The notes beneath the pieces were generated by a model. The model did no database searches, was not told where the DNA came from, and saw only the letters and a program-made list of their open reading frames with translations. From a virus, in the IMG/VR virus record IMGVR_UViG_3300008117_006295, positions 1 through 64,000 of that record: 64,000 nucleotides of DNA. One strand, 5' to 3'. The position numbers were made by a program, and so were the translations under genes. Below, in pieces: positions 36,867 to 47,279 of this stretch (position 1 is the first letter of the stretch; each line of letters opens with the position of its first letter).

Positions 36867-38531
36867 ATGAAGAAAAGAATATTTATTTGTAATGAAGCTA
36901 GTTTTATAGCAAGTGGTTATGGTATACATGGTAAAGAACTTTTAACTAGACTTCATAATAGTGATAAATATGAGGTTGCAGAATTAGGCTGCTATTCAAC
37001 AGTAAATGATCCTAGGATTCAAAATATACCATGGAAATTTTATCCTAATCTTCCTAAGCCTGATGATACTGAAAAGCTAAACGAATATAAAAGCAATGGA
37101 AATAACCAATTCGGTCTTTGGAGATTTAATAAAGCTATAATAGATTTCAAGCCGCACATTGTTTTCGATGTTAGAGATTACTGGATGTATGCTTATCAAG
37201 AGACTAGTCCTTTACGAAAATATTTTAAATGGATTCTAATGCCAACGGTTGATAGCGCTCCTCAACATTTTGAATGGTTATCAACTTTCTGCAATGCCGA
37301 TATGGTTATGCCATATACTGAATGGGCAAGAGATGTTCTTGTGAATTCTTGTGGAAATAAGATTAATTTATTTCCTAAAGTTGCATTGGCTGGTGTTAAC
37401 CCTAATGATTTTTATCCTATTGATGATAGAGCATCTCTTAAAGAAAAGTATTTTGGTAGAAAAGATGCTATGATTACTGGCTTGGTTGTAAGAAACCAAA
37501 AAAGAAAACTAGTATCAGATATTCTATTAACATATAAAAAATATCTAAATACATTATTAATTTCTGGTAATAAAGATCTTTATGATAGATCATTCTTATA
37601 CCTACACACAACATATCCTGAAGAACACGGATGGAATATTCCTGCTTTACTTTTAGAGTTTGGTATGTTAGATAAAACTTACTTTACTCATAATTGCAGA
37701 AATTGTGGCAATATAGAAGCCTCCAAATTTCAAAATGCTGTTACTGTTTGTCAGAAATGTAATAGTGCATCAAGAACATTTCCTAATCCAACAAATCCGC
37801 TCAGTACTGAAAAATTAAATGAAATATACAATTTGTTTGATTTATTTATACAGTATGCTATCTGTGAAGGATTTGGTTATCCTCAAATAGAAGCAGCGGC
37901 TTGTGGCGTTCCTATTGCTAGTGTTGATTATAGCGCTATGTCAGAAATATGCCGCGATCTAAATGGAACAAAAATTCCTGTTAAGAGACTATTTAGAGAA
38001 CTCGAAACAAATGCAGATAGAGCATATCCTGATAATGATTTTACATCAAAGATGATATATGATTATTTTATCAATTATTCCGAAGAAAATGCTAAAAAAT
38101 TATCTGCTGAAACTAGACAATTATGCATAAATAAATATACTTGGGATAATGTATATAAGATATGGGAAGAATGTTTCGATAGTATAGACATATCAGATTT
38201 AAAAGATTGGAATGATCCTACTATATCAGAAGTATCGACAAATATGTCTGTTCCTGGAAATCTATCAAAAATAGAATTTGTCAAATATATTTGCGATAAT
38301 ATAATTAAGGAACCAAAACTATTTTATAGTGGACATATACAAATGCTTCTTAGAGATTTTCTAAGTGGTATAGTAGCTAAAAATAGTAATATTACAACTA
38401 TAAATCATCAAGAAGTTGTAAATATATTAGAGCAATATTTAGTTAATAAAGTTAATCATGAAAAATTAAGAGTAAATTCACACTTATTAAAACAAGAAGA
38501 TTTTATAACATGTCAGAATCCAAAGAGATGA
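36867..38531 (+). CDS. GT4 (GT-B) glycosyltransferase with a zinc-ribbon insertion
   Basis: SGYG, RNQKRK, EGFGYPQIEAAACGVP; CRNC...CQKC insert. Confidence 0.85.
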   Translation: MKKRIFICNEASFIASGYGIHGKELLTRLHNSDKYEVAELGCYSTVNDPRIQNIPWKFYPNLPKPDDTEKLNEYKSNGNNQFGLWRFNKAIIDFKPHIVFDVRDYWMYAYQETSPLRKYFKWILMPTVDSAPQHFEWLSTFCNADMVMPYTEWARDVLVNSCGNKINLFPKVALAGVNPNDFYPIDDRASLKEKYFGRKDAMITGLVVRNQKRKLVSDILLTYKKYLNTLLISGNKDLYDRSFLYLHTTYPEEHGWNIPALLLEFGMLDKTYFTHNCRNCGNIEASKFQNAVTVCQKCNSASRTFPNPTNPLSTEKLNEIYNLFDLFIQYAICEGFGYPQIEAAACGVPIASVDYSAMSEICRDLNGTKIPVKRLFRELETNADRAYPDNDFTSKMIYDYFINYSEENAKKLSAETRQLCINKYTWDNVYKIWEECFDSIDISDLKDWNDPTISEVSTNMSVPGNLSKIEFVKYICDNIIKEPKLFYSGHIQMLLRDFLSGIVAKNSNITTINHQEVVNILEQYLVNKVNHEKLRVNSHLLKQEDFITCQNPKR

Positions 38532-39280
38532 CAATAAATAATATTCATACGTCATGTAAAGATTGCGTTTTTGCAACATATGATCAAAATACACAAACCG
38601 ATTGTCAGTTAAATCTAATAAATAGATATAAGGAAAGTGGAACTTCAATCATAGAAGCATATGATGATGATAAAGAATTCTTTATAGTTAACGATAGGAA
38701 ATGTATCGGATACCGAACAGAGTCTTGGTATACTAATCTAGGATTAGAATTATCTATCGAAGAAAAAATAAAACAAATAAAAGAAACTTTTAGACTAAAA
38801 TATATTTTATTTATTGATTTAAAAAATATCTCTATAGATAAACTACAAATAATCTTTAATGATATAAAAAATGCTGATATTAAACCATCAAAACTGATCT
38901 TATTAAGGTATAATTATACAAATAAAATTTTTGATTTTGATTCACTTAAAGAGCTAATAGAAAATAGCGACCTTAACTGTGAGTGGCGTGTACAAACAAT
39001 GGTTGATGATGAAGTTACACTAAAGAGCTTAATATCATCTACTATTGCCACGAATACTAAATATAAGTTTATTCTGTATATTTCTGAATATACTGATCTA
39101 TTAAATAAAATAATTAATGAAGCTAATAAGATTATTTATGATGATCTAAAAACATTTATAGTACTATCTGATAAAGAGCATAATGCAAAATTATTTTTAG
39201 GACTATTATATAGATATGTTTGGCATTCATCTGGCGTAGATATATTGGAGGAAACTAAAGATTTCACGATAGTATCATGA
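38510..39280 (+). CDS. Hypothetical protein with an N-terminal Cys cluster
   Basis: HTSCKDC...C...C. Confidence 0.55.
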   Translation: MSESKEMTINNIHTSCKDCVFATYDQNTQTDCQLNLINRYKESGTSIIEAYDDDKEFFIVNDRKCIGYRTESWYTNLGLELSIEEKIKQIKETFRLKYILFIDLKNISIDKLQIIFNDIKNADIKPSKLILLRYNYTNKIFDFDSLKELIENSDLNCEWRVQTMVDDEVTLKSLISSTIATNTKYKFILYISEYTDLLNKIINEANKIIYDDLKTFIVLSDKEHNAKLFLGLLYRYVWHSSGVDILEETKDFTIVS

Positions 39281-39933
39281 AAATTATTATTCTAGGAGAT
39301 AAATACCAAAAAGGAAGTAAAAGTCAAGGATGTGCCGGATTAATAAAGATTAATAATAATTCAAATATATTAGAAAATCAGTATCTTATATTAAAGTCAA
39401 GTTTCCCAGATTCAAAAATATTTTATGTATATGGATTTGATAATAAAAAGATCATATCATATTTTGAAAATAAAAAACTAAATATTAATTTTATATATAA
39501 TGAAAAATACGACGAATACAACGAAGGGTTCTCTTTGAGTCTAATTAAGGAGTACATAGATTCTGAAACATTAATTATTTCTGGATATAATATATTTTCT
39601 CCAAATTGCTTTAAAAAATTTGATACAACACACTCTCAAGTTTTTGTTGATAATTCGGAAAATAGCAAAATAGGATGTATTATAAATAATAAAAATATTC
39701 TTGAGAATATCTTTTATGATCTAGATAATAAAATTCATTCAATGTTTTATCTAAACAAACCAGATGCAATCATTTTTAATAACTTATTACAATCAAAAGT
39801 ATATAATGCTTTTCTATTTGAACTAATCAATACTTGCATATCATCAGGTTGTAATATAAAATTAAAAAATCTAAATAAAAACATAAGACATTATAAAACC
39901 ACTAACAATACTAAACAATATGAAAAACATTAA
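39277..39933 (+). CDS. Degenerate sugar-phosphate nucleotidyltransferase-like protein
   Basis: MKIIIL start, LIKI...ILENQ, YVYGF, N..Y..YN...SL pattern; lacks the GxGxR signature. Confidence 0.55.
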   Translation: MKIIILGDKYQKGSKSQGCAGLIKINNNSNILENQYLILKSSFPDSKIFYVYGFDNKKIISYFENKKLNINFIYNEKYDEYNEGFSLSLIKEYIDSETLIISGYNIFSPNCFKKFDTTHSQVFVDNSENSKIGCIINNKNILENIFYDLDNKIHSMFYLNKPDAIIFNNLLQSKVYNAFLFELINTCISSGCNIKLKNLNKNIRHYKTTNNTKQYEKH

Positions 39934-40309
39934 ATTATCATTTTTTATAGATGGCACAGATTCTTCCGAAATCTTGGTTAAAATTAAGGAATATTTCTCA
40001 CAAAAATATACTATAGACGATGTTATAGTATTCAGTAAAGATCCTATAATTAGCAGGATGCCAAAAGAGTATGGAATATTATCAACATACCACTTAACTT
40101 TCTATAAAGGAATAATAGTCTTTTTCACGCTAGAGGATTATTTATCCCATGAAAATATTTCATTATCAAAAGAAAGATACCTATTCATAAATGATAAAAC
40201 AATTAAAGATATAGAATCTATTAATAGATCAACTATACAAAATATTAATATGATAACTATGAACGAAGATAAAACTATTCAATTAACAAAATTACCATCA
40301 ACATTATGA
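39920..40309 (+). CDS. Hypothetical protein
   Basis: Packed ORF. Confidence 0.55.
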   Translation: MKNIKLSFFIDGTDSSEILVKIKEYFSQKYTIDDVIVFSKDPIISRMPKEYGILSTYHLTFYKGIIVFFTLEDYLSHENISLSKERYLFINDKTIKDIESINRSTIQNINMITMNEDKTIQLTKLPSTL

Positions 40310-41100
40310 ACAACTATAATAACTTATCAGATTCCAAAAAAAAACAAATTCTAGAAAAAGAATATTGCTCGCTAAAAAAAAGCTTTGGTGAGATAGCATC
40401 TTTATATAACACTTATTCTAATAAATTAAGAAGAGACGCAATAAAATTTGGATTATCTATACGATCCAAAAGTGATGCTCAAAAAAATGCCTTATCCAAG
40501 GGTGTTGCTAAACATCCAACAAAAGGAAAAGAAAGATCAATTACAGAAAAAAATAAAATTGGACTCGGAGTAATGAAAAATTGGGAAGAGCTTCCTGATA
40601 ATGAACTTCAAAAAAGAAAAAATAAAGCTAAAGAAAATTGGGATAAATTATCAGATGATACTAAAGCTAATATGATAAACTCAGCAAATGCTGCTGTAAG
40701 AGTTGCTAGTAAAGTCGGATCTAAATTAGAAAAATGTATACTAGAAAATTTACTAGCAGACGGATACAAGGTTGATTTTCATAAAGAACAAATGTTATCA
40801 AATACCAAGCTACAAATAGATATTTTTCTACCAGAAGATAATATTGCTATTGAAGTAGATGGACCTTCTCATTATGAACCAGTATGGGGCGACGAAGCAT
40901 TAAAACGTAATAAGTCTTATGATAATAAAAAGACAGGACTCATACTGGGAAAAGGGTTGGTATTAATTAGAATTAAACAGATCAAGGACTTTTCACCATC
41001 ACGCGGACGATTATTATATGATCAGCTGAAAACCGTTCTGATGCAAATTAAAGAAAAATTCCCGGACACAGACAACAGATATTTTGAATTAGGAGAATAA
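40306..41100 (+). CDS. Vsr/DUF559-like endonuclease with a basic N-terminal DNA-binding region (homing-endonuclease-like)
   Basis: SKLE, IDIFLP...IAIEVDGPSH, D.KK...G..LIRI. Confidence 0.75.
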   Translation: MNNYNNLSDSKKKQILEKEYCSLKKSFGEIASLYNTYSNKLRRDAIKFGLSIRSKSDAQKNALSKGVAKHPTKGKERSITEKNKIGLGVMKNWEELPDNELQKRKNKAKENWDKLSDDTKANMINSANAAVRVASKVGSKLEKCILENLLADGYKVDFHKEQMLSNTKLQIDIFLPEDNIAIEVDGPSHYEPVWGDEALKRNKSYDNKKTGLILGKGLVLIRIKQIKDFSPSRGRLLYDQLKTVLMQIKEKFPDTDNRYFELGE

Positions 41101-41101
41101 G

Positions 41102-41842
41102 ATGGCTAAAAAAACTATTGTATCTACAGAAAATACTATCGAAATAACAGAAGCAAAAACTGTTGTTAAACCAGCTATGCACAGCTTAGAGTGGACAGAC
41201 TATGTACTAAGCTTATTATCAGATGATGAAAAAATAAAGGGCAATCCAACAACTGATGGATTAAGAAGAATATTTGAAATTGCTCTGGATTGTACTGTTG
41301 TTACATCTTCAACCAAAGTAGCACAGTGTCCCGACCATAATAATGAAAAAAGAGCCACCGTGGTTCACTCCATAGGCTATATTTTAAATTCACCGACCAA
41401 GGAGACAGAAAAACAAAACACGATCAATATAGATGGTGCCGCTGACGTTTACTGGGGGAATTGCGATAAGATCTATAGAAATCATCCAGTAGCAGTTGCT
41501 GAAACAAGAGCAGAAGGACGAGCATTAAGAAGAGCCCTGAGATTACGCAAAGTGGTTGCCGCAGAAGAAATAGCCGAAAATATCGAAGACCATGTTGATG
41601 GAGATAGTATAGGTAAAATAACACCAAATCAGATTAATTTTATTGATGTTTTAGCAAAAAGACTTGATATTAATATATCTAAAACGTTAGAGAAACTTGC
41701 TTTATCAAACGATAATATCTATAATATTAAATATGACGACGCTGTTATTATTGTCAAAACACTATCAGATTTCCAGCAGGATCACTCAAAAATGTCGTCG
41801 GATCTTATTGGATATGATGAAACATGGAAACATAGATCATGA
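41102..41842 (+). CDS. Possible ssDNA-annealing (Rad52/Sak-like) protein
   Basis: AVAETRAEGRALRRAL motif and ITPNQI C-terminal module; AGGAG RBS. Confidence 0.4.
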   Translation: MAKKTIVSTENTIEITEAKTVVKPAMHSLEWTDYVLSLLSDDEKIKGNPTTDGLRRIFEIALDCTVVTSSTKVAQCPDHNNEKRATVVHSIGYILNSPTKETEKQNTINIDGAADVYWGNCDKIYRNHPVAVAETRAEGRALRRALRLRKVVAAEEIAENIEDHVDGDSIGKITPNQINFIDVLAKRLDINISKTLEKLALSNDNIYNIKYDDAVIIVKTLSDFQQDHSKMSSDLIGYDETWKHRS

Positions 41843-42168
41843 AAATTTTCTACAAAGTTAATGATAAGCTCACTTTTGAATTAGAGGCAGAAGGTCAAAA
41901 AGAAATTTTTAAAGAACTAGCAACTATTCAAGAGATTTTTAGCGAAGAAAAGTGCGGACTCTGTGGAAGTACCAATATTAAATTTGTTGTTAGAAGCGTT
42001 GATGGTAATGATTATTACGAATTAAGATGTAATGATTGTGGAGCTGTCTTAGCTTTTGGTCAACATAAAAAAGGTGGCACTTTGTTTCCAAAAAGAAAAG
42101 ATGATGATGGAAATTATATGCCCAACAAAGGTTGGCATAAGTTTGTAAAAGATACTAAGGATAAATGA
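41839..42168 (+). CDS. Zinc-ribbon hypothetical protein
   Basis: CGLCG...CNDCG. Confidence 0.6.
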   Translation: MKIFYKVNDKLTFELEAEGQKEIFKELATIQEIFSEEKCGLCGSTNIKFVVRSVDGNDYYELRCNDCGAVLAFGQHKKGGTLFPKRKDDDGNYMPNKGWHKFVKDTKDK

Positions 42169-43811
42169 ATAATACCACTATAGTAACAGGTATTTGGGAT
42201 TTAGGAAGAGACTCTCTTTCTGAAGGCTGGGGAAGAAAATTCGATCATTATATAGAAAATTTTAAAAGATTACTAAGTATACAAGAATTAAATCTTGCTA
42301 TATTTATTGATTCTTCCCTTGAGGATCTGGTATGGAAATATCGTAATAAAAATAATACGGTAGTTTATAAACACTCTATAAATGAATTTAATGGAGCGTT
42401 TTTCCCATTTTTTGACCAAGTACAAAATATACGTTTATCTGAACAGTGGCAGAATCAAGTAGGTTGGTTAAAGGATAGTACTCAGGCAAAAATGCCTTTG
42501 TATAATCCTATGGTTATGAGCAAAATGTTTTTATTACATAATGCTAAAATATTTAATCCATTTAATAGTACTCATTATTTTTGGTTAGATGGAGGAATAA
42601 CAAATACTGTACATCCAGGATATTTCAGCCATGATAATGTAATAGAAAAAATAGAATCTATTACAGAAAAGATGCTATTTGTATGTTTTCCTTATGAGAC
42701 TAAAACAGAAATACATGGTTTTGATATTAATGCAATGAAGAGATATGGGAAAAACAATGAGATAAATAGAGTTGCCAGAGCAGGTTTTTTTGGTGGACAC
42801 AAAGATTATATTTCATCAGCAAACACACTATATTATTCTTTATTGCAAAGTTCTTTAAATGAAGGATATATGGGTACTGAAGAGAGTATCTTTACCCTTA
42901 TGACATATCTTGAACCAAATACATATCATATTGAAATGATTAATGAAGATGGTTTATTAAGTACATTTTTTGAGAATGTAAAAAATAATACTACTAAACA
43001 AGATAAAATTAAAACAACACAGAATTATAAACATAATAAAATATCTTTATATATTAATACTTTTAATTCTCCAGAACAATTACAAATGGTTTTGGACTCT
43101 TTCTCTAAACATGATAAAAGATTTATAGAAAATACTGAAAAAATTCTTATTAATAATTCCACTAAAAATGAGTTATTTGAAAAATACGATAATATCTGTT
43201 CAAAGTATAACTTTATAGACCATATCAAAAAAGGTAATCTTGGTATTTGCAGAGCAAGACAGTTAGCCGCAGAACACTTTAAAGAATCTGGTAATAAATA
43301 CATGTTATTCTTTGAAGATGATATGCTTTTAGACTTTAACAATAATTGTGATTTTGGTTTTAGTAAAAATGTTAAAGATCTATTTACTAATATGGTTAGA
43401 ATTATGGATTTGGAAAAATATGATTTTTTAAAATTAAGTTTTAGTGAATTTTATGGTAATAATGGTCAACAGTGGAGTTGGCATAATGTTCCTAGTCCAA
43501 AAAAAGAAGAATATTTTGGTAATATAAATTCAAAACCTCCAACAAAATTTAATACTATTCATAGTTTAAACAGTGTTATTTATGCTGATGGCGAGATTTA
43601 CTATTCAAACTGGCCTCATATTATAAGTCAAGAAGGTAATAAAAAATGCTTCTTAGATACAACTTGGAATAGTCCATTTGAACAAACATGGATGAGTCAT
43701 ATTTATAGTTTAACAAAAAACAATATAGTCAAACCAGCAATACTATTACATAGTCCCATAACACATAATAGAGTTCATCATTATGAAGCCAAAGACAGAA
43801 AAGAAAATTAA
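42165..43811 (+). CDS. Two-domain glycosyltransferase: HtrL/YibB (WlaTC)-like plus a GT-A domain
   Basis: TIVTGIWDLGR, NPFNSTHYFWLDGG, GFFGG, GTEES; second domain NLGICRAR...FFEDD. Confidence 0.75.
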   Translation: MNNTTIVTGIWDLGRDSLSEGWGRKFDHYIENFKRLLSIQELNLAIFIDSSLEDLVWKYRNKNNTVVYKHSINEFNGAFFPFFDQVQNIRLSEQWQNQVGWLKDSTQAKMPLYNPMVMSKMFLLHNAKIFNPFNSTHYFWLDGGITNTVHPGYFSHDNVIEKIESITEKMLFVCFPYETKTEIHGFDINAMKRYGKNNEINRVARAGFFGGHKDYISSANTLYYSLLQSSLNEGYMGTEESIFTLMTYLEPNTYHIEMINEDGLLSTFFENVKNNTTKQDKIKTTQNYKHNKISLYINTFNSPEQLQMVLDSFSKHDKRFIENTEKILINNSTKNELFEKYDNICSKYNFIDHIKKGNLGICRARQLAAEHFKESGNKYMLFFEDDMLLDFNNNCDFGFSKNVKDLFTNMVRIMDLEKYDFLKLSFSEFYGNNGQQWSWHNVPSPKKEEYFGNINSKPPTKFNTIHSLNSVIYADGEIYYSNWPHIISQEGNKKCFLDTTWNSPFEQTWMSHIYSLTKNNIVKPAILLHSPITHNRVHHYEAKDRKEN

Positions 43812-45090
43812 GAAAAAAACAAACATTGTAGAAACCCCAAATACTATTTTTGTACAGATAGCCTCTTATAGGGATCCTCAGTTATTACCCACAATTGAGG
43901 ATATGTTACGTAATGCTAAATATCCAGAAAATATAAGTATTGGTATAGCATGGCAGCACTGTAATAGTGATACTTGGGCGGATATAGAAAAATATGCTGA
44001 TGATAGCAGATTTAAAATTATAGATATACCATATGAAGAAAGTAAGGGGGTTTGTTGGGCCAGAAATAAAGTTCAACAACTATATGATGGAGAAAAGTAT
44101 ACTCTGCAAATAGATAGTCATCACAGATTTGTTAAAAATTGGGATGAAATATTAATTAATATGATAGTTGATCTACAGAATAATGGTTATGATAAGCCAT
44201 TATTAACAGGATATATACCGAGTTTTGATCCTGATAATGATCCTGCTGCAAGAGTTAATACTCCGTGGAAAATGAACTTTGATAGATTCATACCAGAAGG
44301 AGCGGTATTTTTTCTACCGGCTAATTTTGACTCTTGGGATGATCCAACAAAACCATTGCCAGCAAGATTCTATAGTGCGCATTTCGCTTTTACAGTAGGA
44401 GAATTTTGTAAAGAAGTTCCTCATGATCCATATTATTATTTTCATGGAGAAGAAATTAATATTGCAGCCAGAGCTTATACCTGTGGATATGATCTATTTC
44501 ACCCCCATAAAGTAATATGTTGGCATGAGTATACCAGAAAAGGCAGAACCAAACAATGGGATGATGATAAGCATTGGGGAGCCAGAAATACAGAATCTCA
44601 TTTAAGAAACAGAAAACTCTTCGAGATGGATGGAGAAAAAAGAGATATAGATTTTGGAAAATATGGATTTGGTAATGTCAGAACACTAAGAGACTATGAA
44701 AGATATTCTGGTCTTAGTTTTAAATATAGGGCCATACAACAGGATGTTTTGGATCATAAGCCTCCACCAGATCCGTCTAAAGATTTAACAGATGAAGAAT
44801 TCGATAGCAAATTATTAAAAATATTTAAACACTGTATAGATATTGGATATAATCAAGTTCCAGAAAATGATTATGATTTTTGGGCAGTAGCATTCAAAGA
44901 TGAAAATGGTCAGGATATGTACAGAAAAGATGCTGATAAAGAAGAAATTATAAGGATGAAAAATGATCCTGATAATTATTGTAAAGTATGGCGAGAGTTC
45001 CAAACGGATAAAAAGCCTCATAGTTGGATAGTTTGGCCGCATAGTATTAGTAAAGGATGGGCAGATCCAATTACTGGATTTTTACCATGA
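43783..45090 (+). CDS. GT60-family polypeptide/hydroxyproline alpha-GlcNAc transferase homolog
   Basis: IFVQIASYRD, SKGVCWAR, LQIDSH.RF..NWD, LLTGY, FYSAHFAF, VPHDP, FHGEE, GYDLFHP. Confidence 0.82.
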   Translation: MKPKTEKKIKKKTNIVETPNTIFVQIASYRDPQLLPTIEDMLRNAKYPENISIGIAWQHCNSDTWADIEKYADDSRFKIIDIPYEESKGVCWARNKVQQLYDGEKYTLQIDSHHRFVKNWDEILINMIVDLQNNGYDKPLLTGYIPSFDPDNDPAARVNTPWKMNFDRFIPEGAVFFLPANFDSWDDPTKPLPARFYSAHFAFTVGEFCKEVPHDPYYYFHGEEINIAARAYTCGYDLFHPHKVICWHEYTRKGRTKQWDDDKHWGARNTESHLRNRKLFEMDGEKRDIDFGKYGFGNVRTLRDYERYSGLSFKYRAIQQDVLDHKPPPDPSKDLTDEEFDSKLLKIFKHCIDIGYNQVPENDYDFWAVAFKDENGQDMYRKDADKEEIIRMKNDPDNYCKVWREFQTDKKPHSWIVWPHSISKGWADPITGFLP

Positions 45091-45698
45091 TTAATAATTT
45101 TTGTTTTCTTAGTGAAGCTAATTATCCTAATTATGTTAATAGGATACAACAATATTCTATTCCAAGATATTTAGAACTTAATATTAATATACCTTTTTAT
45201 ATAAGCACTAATTATAAAAATTTATTTAAAGAAGAATATTTAAATCATGAATATATTAAAATTTATGATATTGAAGAACTTAGAAAAAATAATATCAAAT
45301 CTCAGAATTATGAATTATTACCGTCAGATCCCACAGGAATATATCCAGCAAGATATCCGTGGAATTTAAGACGTTTTATTTTAGAAAAAGCCATAGATGA
45401 TGGATATTTAGGATTATTTTTTATAGAGTGCGACACTAAGATTCATCCTGGTATTAATAATAGTCGTTTAATAGAACTAATGAATAATCTTTATAGTCCC
45501 AATACTGTTAAAACCTCATCTGCTAGATTTGTTTATAAAAACAGATCTCCAGCTTGTGTGTTTGATTATCATAATGAGTATATAAAAGATTTAAAATTAA
45601 ATTTTAATGATGAGGATTATGATAGTCTGGATGGAACAAATCAATTATTTTTTGGTAAAGATACAGAGAGTTTGAAACAATTTATTAATACATACTGA
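45087..45698 (+). CDS. Glycosyltransferase-like protein, apparently C-terminally truncated
   Basis: YPWNLRR...FFIECD DxD-like motif; a short reading frame continues out of frame after the stop. Confidence 0.5.
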   Translation: MINNFCFLSEANYPNYVNRIQQYSIPRYLELNINIPFYISTNYKNLFKEEYLNHEYIKIYDIEELRKNNIKSQNYELLPSDPTGIYPARYPWNLRRFILEKAIDDGYLGLFFIECDTKIHPGINNSRLIELMNNLYSPNTVKTSSARFVYKNRSPACVFDYHNEYIKDLKLNFNDEDYDSLDGTNQLFFGKDTESLKQFINTY

Positions 45699-45755
45699 AA
45701 CACCATTTATAACAGAACATTCTTTTGATGATAGGTATTAAATTACAGTATTATT

Positions 45756-47276
45756 ATGTTTAAAATATTAGATTCTAAATTAGCAGATGCCGGATTCTAT
45801 ATAAATCTTGATGAGTCTATAGAAAGGAAAAATTTTATAGAAAATCAGAAAGAAATTTTTAGTATAAGTAATCTGGAAAGGTTTTCTGCTTTATCTAATG
45901 AATTAAGACAATCATCTTGTACAGAAAGTCATAGGGCAATTTTTAGAAAATGTATCAATAATGGTATTAAAAAAACATTTGTAGCAGAAGATGACTTTGT
46001 TATAAATGCAAAATTTAATTTCTTAAATAAGAATATAGAATTATCTAGTATTTTAGAGTATCTGGTAGATTTTGATGATTATGATGTTTTAATGTTTGGA
46101 TGTAACCCTAAGAAAAAACTTATAGTTCAAAGTAAATATATAGCAAAAAATTTGAGTAGCACAGGAGCCTGGGCATATATAATAAAAGAAAATGCTATGA
46201 AATATATATTAGATAACTATAATTATAGAAAAGATTACTGTGCTATAGATGATATATTACCAAGTTTAAATGGTAAAGGATTTAAAACAGTTGTAACATT
46301 ACCACAAATTTGTAATCATAGAGATGGTATAGAATCAACATTACAGCCACATGTTGGAGTAACACACTACTCTACTTGGATAAATGGTAATTGGGATAAA
46401 TATTTTTTTGATTATATAAAGAATGAAGATGAGCTAATCAAGTCTATAGATAATGAATATCTAGTACCTCAAAAATTAACTGTTGTTATAACGGGACATT
46501 CTGTAGAAAATTGGCTATTCCACCTAAGATATTTATTACAGAGTATGCCAAAAATATTATTTGATTGTCATTTTATAGTATGTTATGATAATTTTAGTTA
46601 TGATGATAAGTTTAATTTATCAAAATTTTTTAGAGATGTTAAATCTGAAATACATCCAACTATAGAATATGTTAATGGTGGATTGATTAGTTCTCTTAAA
46701 AAAGTTTTATCATGTATTAATACAGAGTATTTTCTATGGTTAGAGCATGATTGGGTATTTTTAAAACAAAATATAGACTTTTTCAATATTATTAAAGCAA
46801 TGGATAATAATAATTTTATTAATTCAATATGGTTAAATAAAGACGATAATAATCCTAGGGGTTTTGATATTTGCGAATATAATAATAAAATAACTCCATA
46901 TGAACTAGACAATAGAATAGACGAATGCGATATTGTAACCACATGCAGATGGTCAAATAATCCTGCTATACATAGAACATCAAGAATGAGAGAATTATTT
47001 GATAAGTATATTAATAATGAATATGTAGATTTAACTAATCAAAGATCTCATAATATAGAAGAGAAAATAATACCAATTTACCGTAAAGAAATTGAAGATT
47101 ATGGTTGGGAAGCAGTTAAAGACACTTGGGGTACATATGTATACGGTAATTTAAATGATAGCCCTTGTATGGGCCACACAGACGCTACAAGAAGGTATCA
47201 GGGAGGAAGCAAGTCTATGCCAGAGATCAATGGCGAGAACTATATAAACCAAAATCCTTTAAAAGATAGTGATTAA
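45756..47276 (+). CDS. Two-domain glycosyltransferase: GT25-like plus a GT-A domain
   Basis: YINLD...R, RFSA, C..SH, AEDD, AYII, IDD; second domain YFLWLEHDW and WSNNP. Confidence 0.8.
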   Translation: MFKILDSKLADAGFYINLDESIERKNFIENQKEIFSISNLERFSALSNELRQSSCTESHRAIFRKCINNGIKKTFVAEDDFVINAKFNFLNKNIELSSILEYLVDFDDYDVLMFGCNPKKKLIVQSKYIAKNLSSTGAWAYIIKENAMKYILDNYNYRKDYCAIDDILPSLNGKGFKTVVTLPQICNHRDGIESTLQPHVGVTHYSTWINGNWDKYFFDYIKNEDELIKSIDNEYLVPQKLTVVITGHSVENWLFHLRYLLQSMPKILFDCHFIVCYDNFSYDDKFNLSKFFRDVKSEIHPTIEYVNGGLISSLKKVLSCINTEYFLWLEHDWVFLKQNIDFFNIIKAMDNNNFINSIWLNKDDNNPRGFDICEYNNKITPYELDNRIDECDIVTTCRWSNNPAIHRTSRMRELFDKYINNEYVDLTNQRSHNIEEKIIPIYRKEIEDYGWEAVKDTWGTYVYGNLNDSPCMGHTDATRRYQGGSKSMPEINGENYINQNPLKDSD

Positions 47277-47279
47277 TTT

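Noticed and set aside
3155-46942. Many short - strand ORFs opposite + strand genes (for example 5575-5916, 9023-9388, 21404-21688, 36395-36730)
   Set aside because: They lie inside well-supported genes on the other strand and show no recognisable motifs
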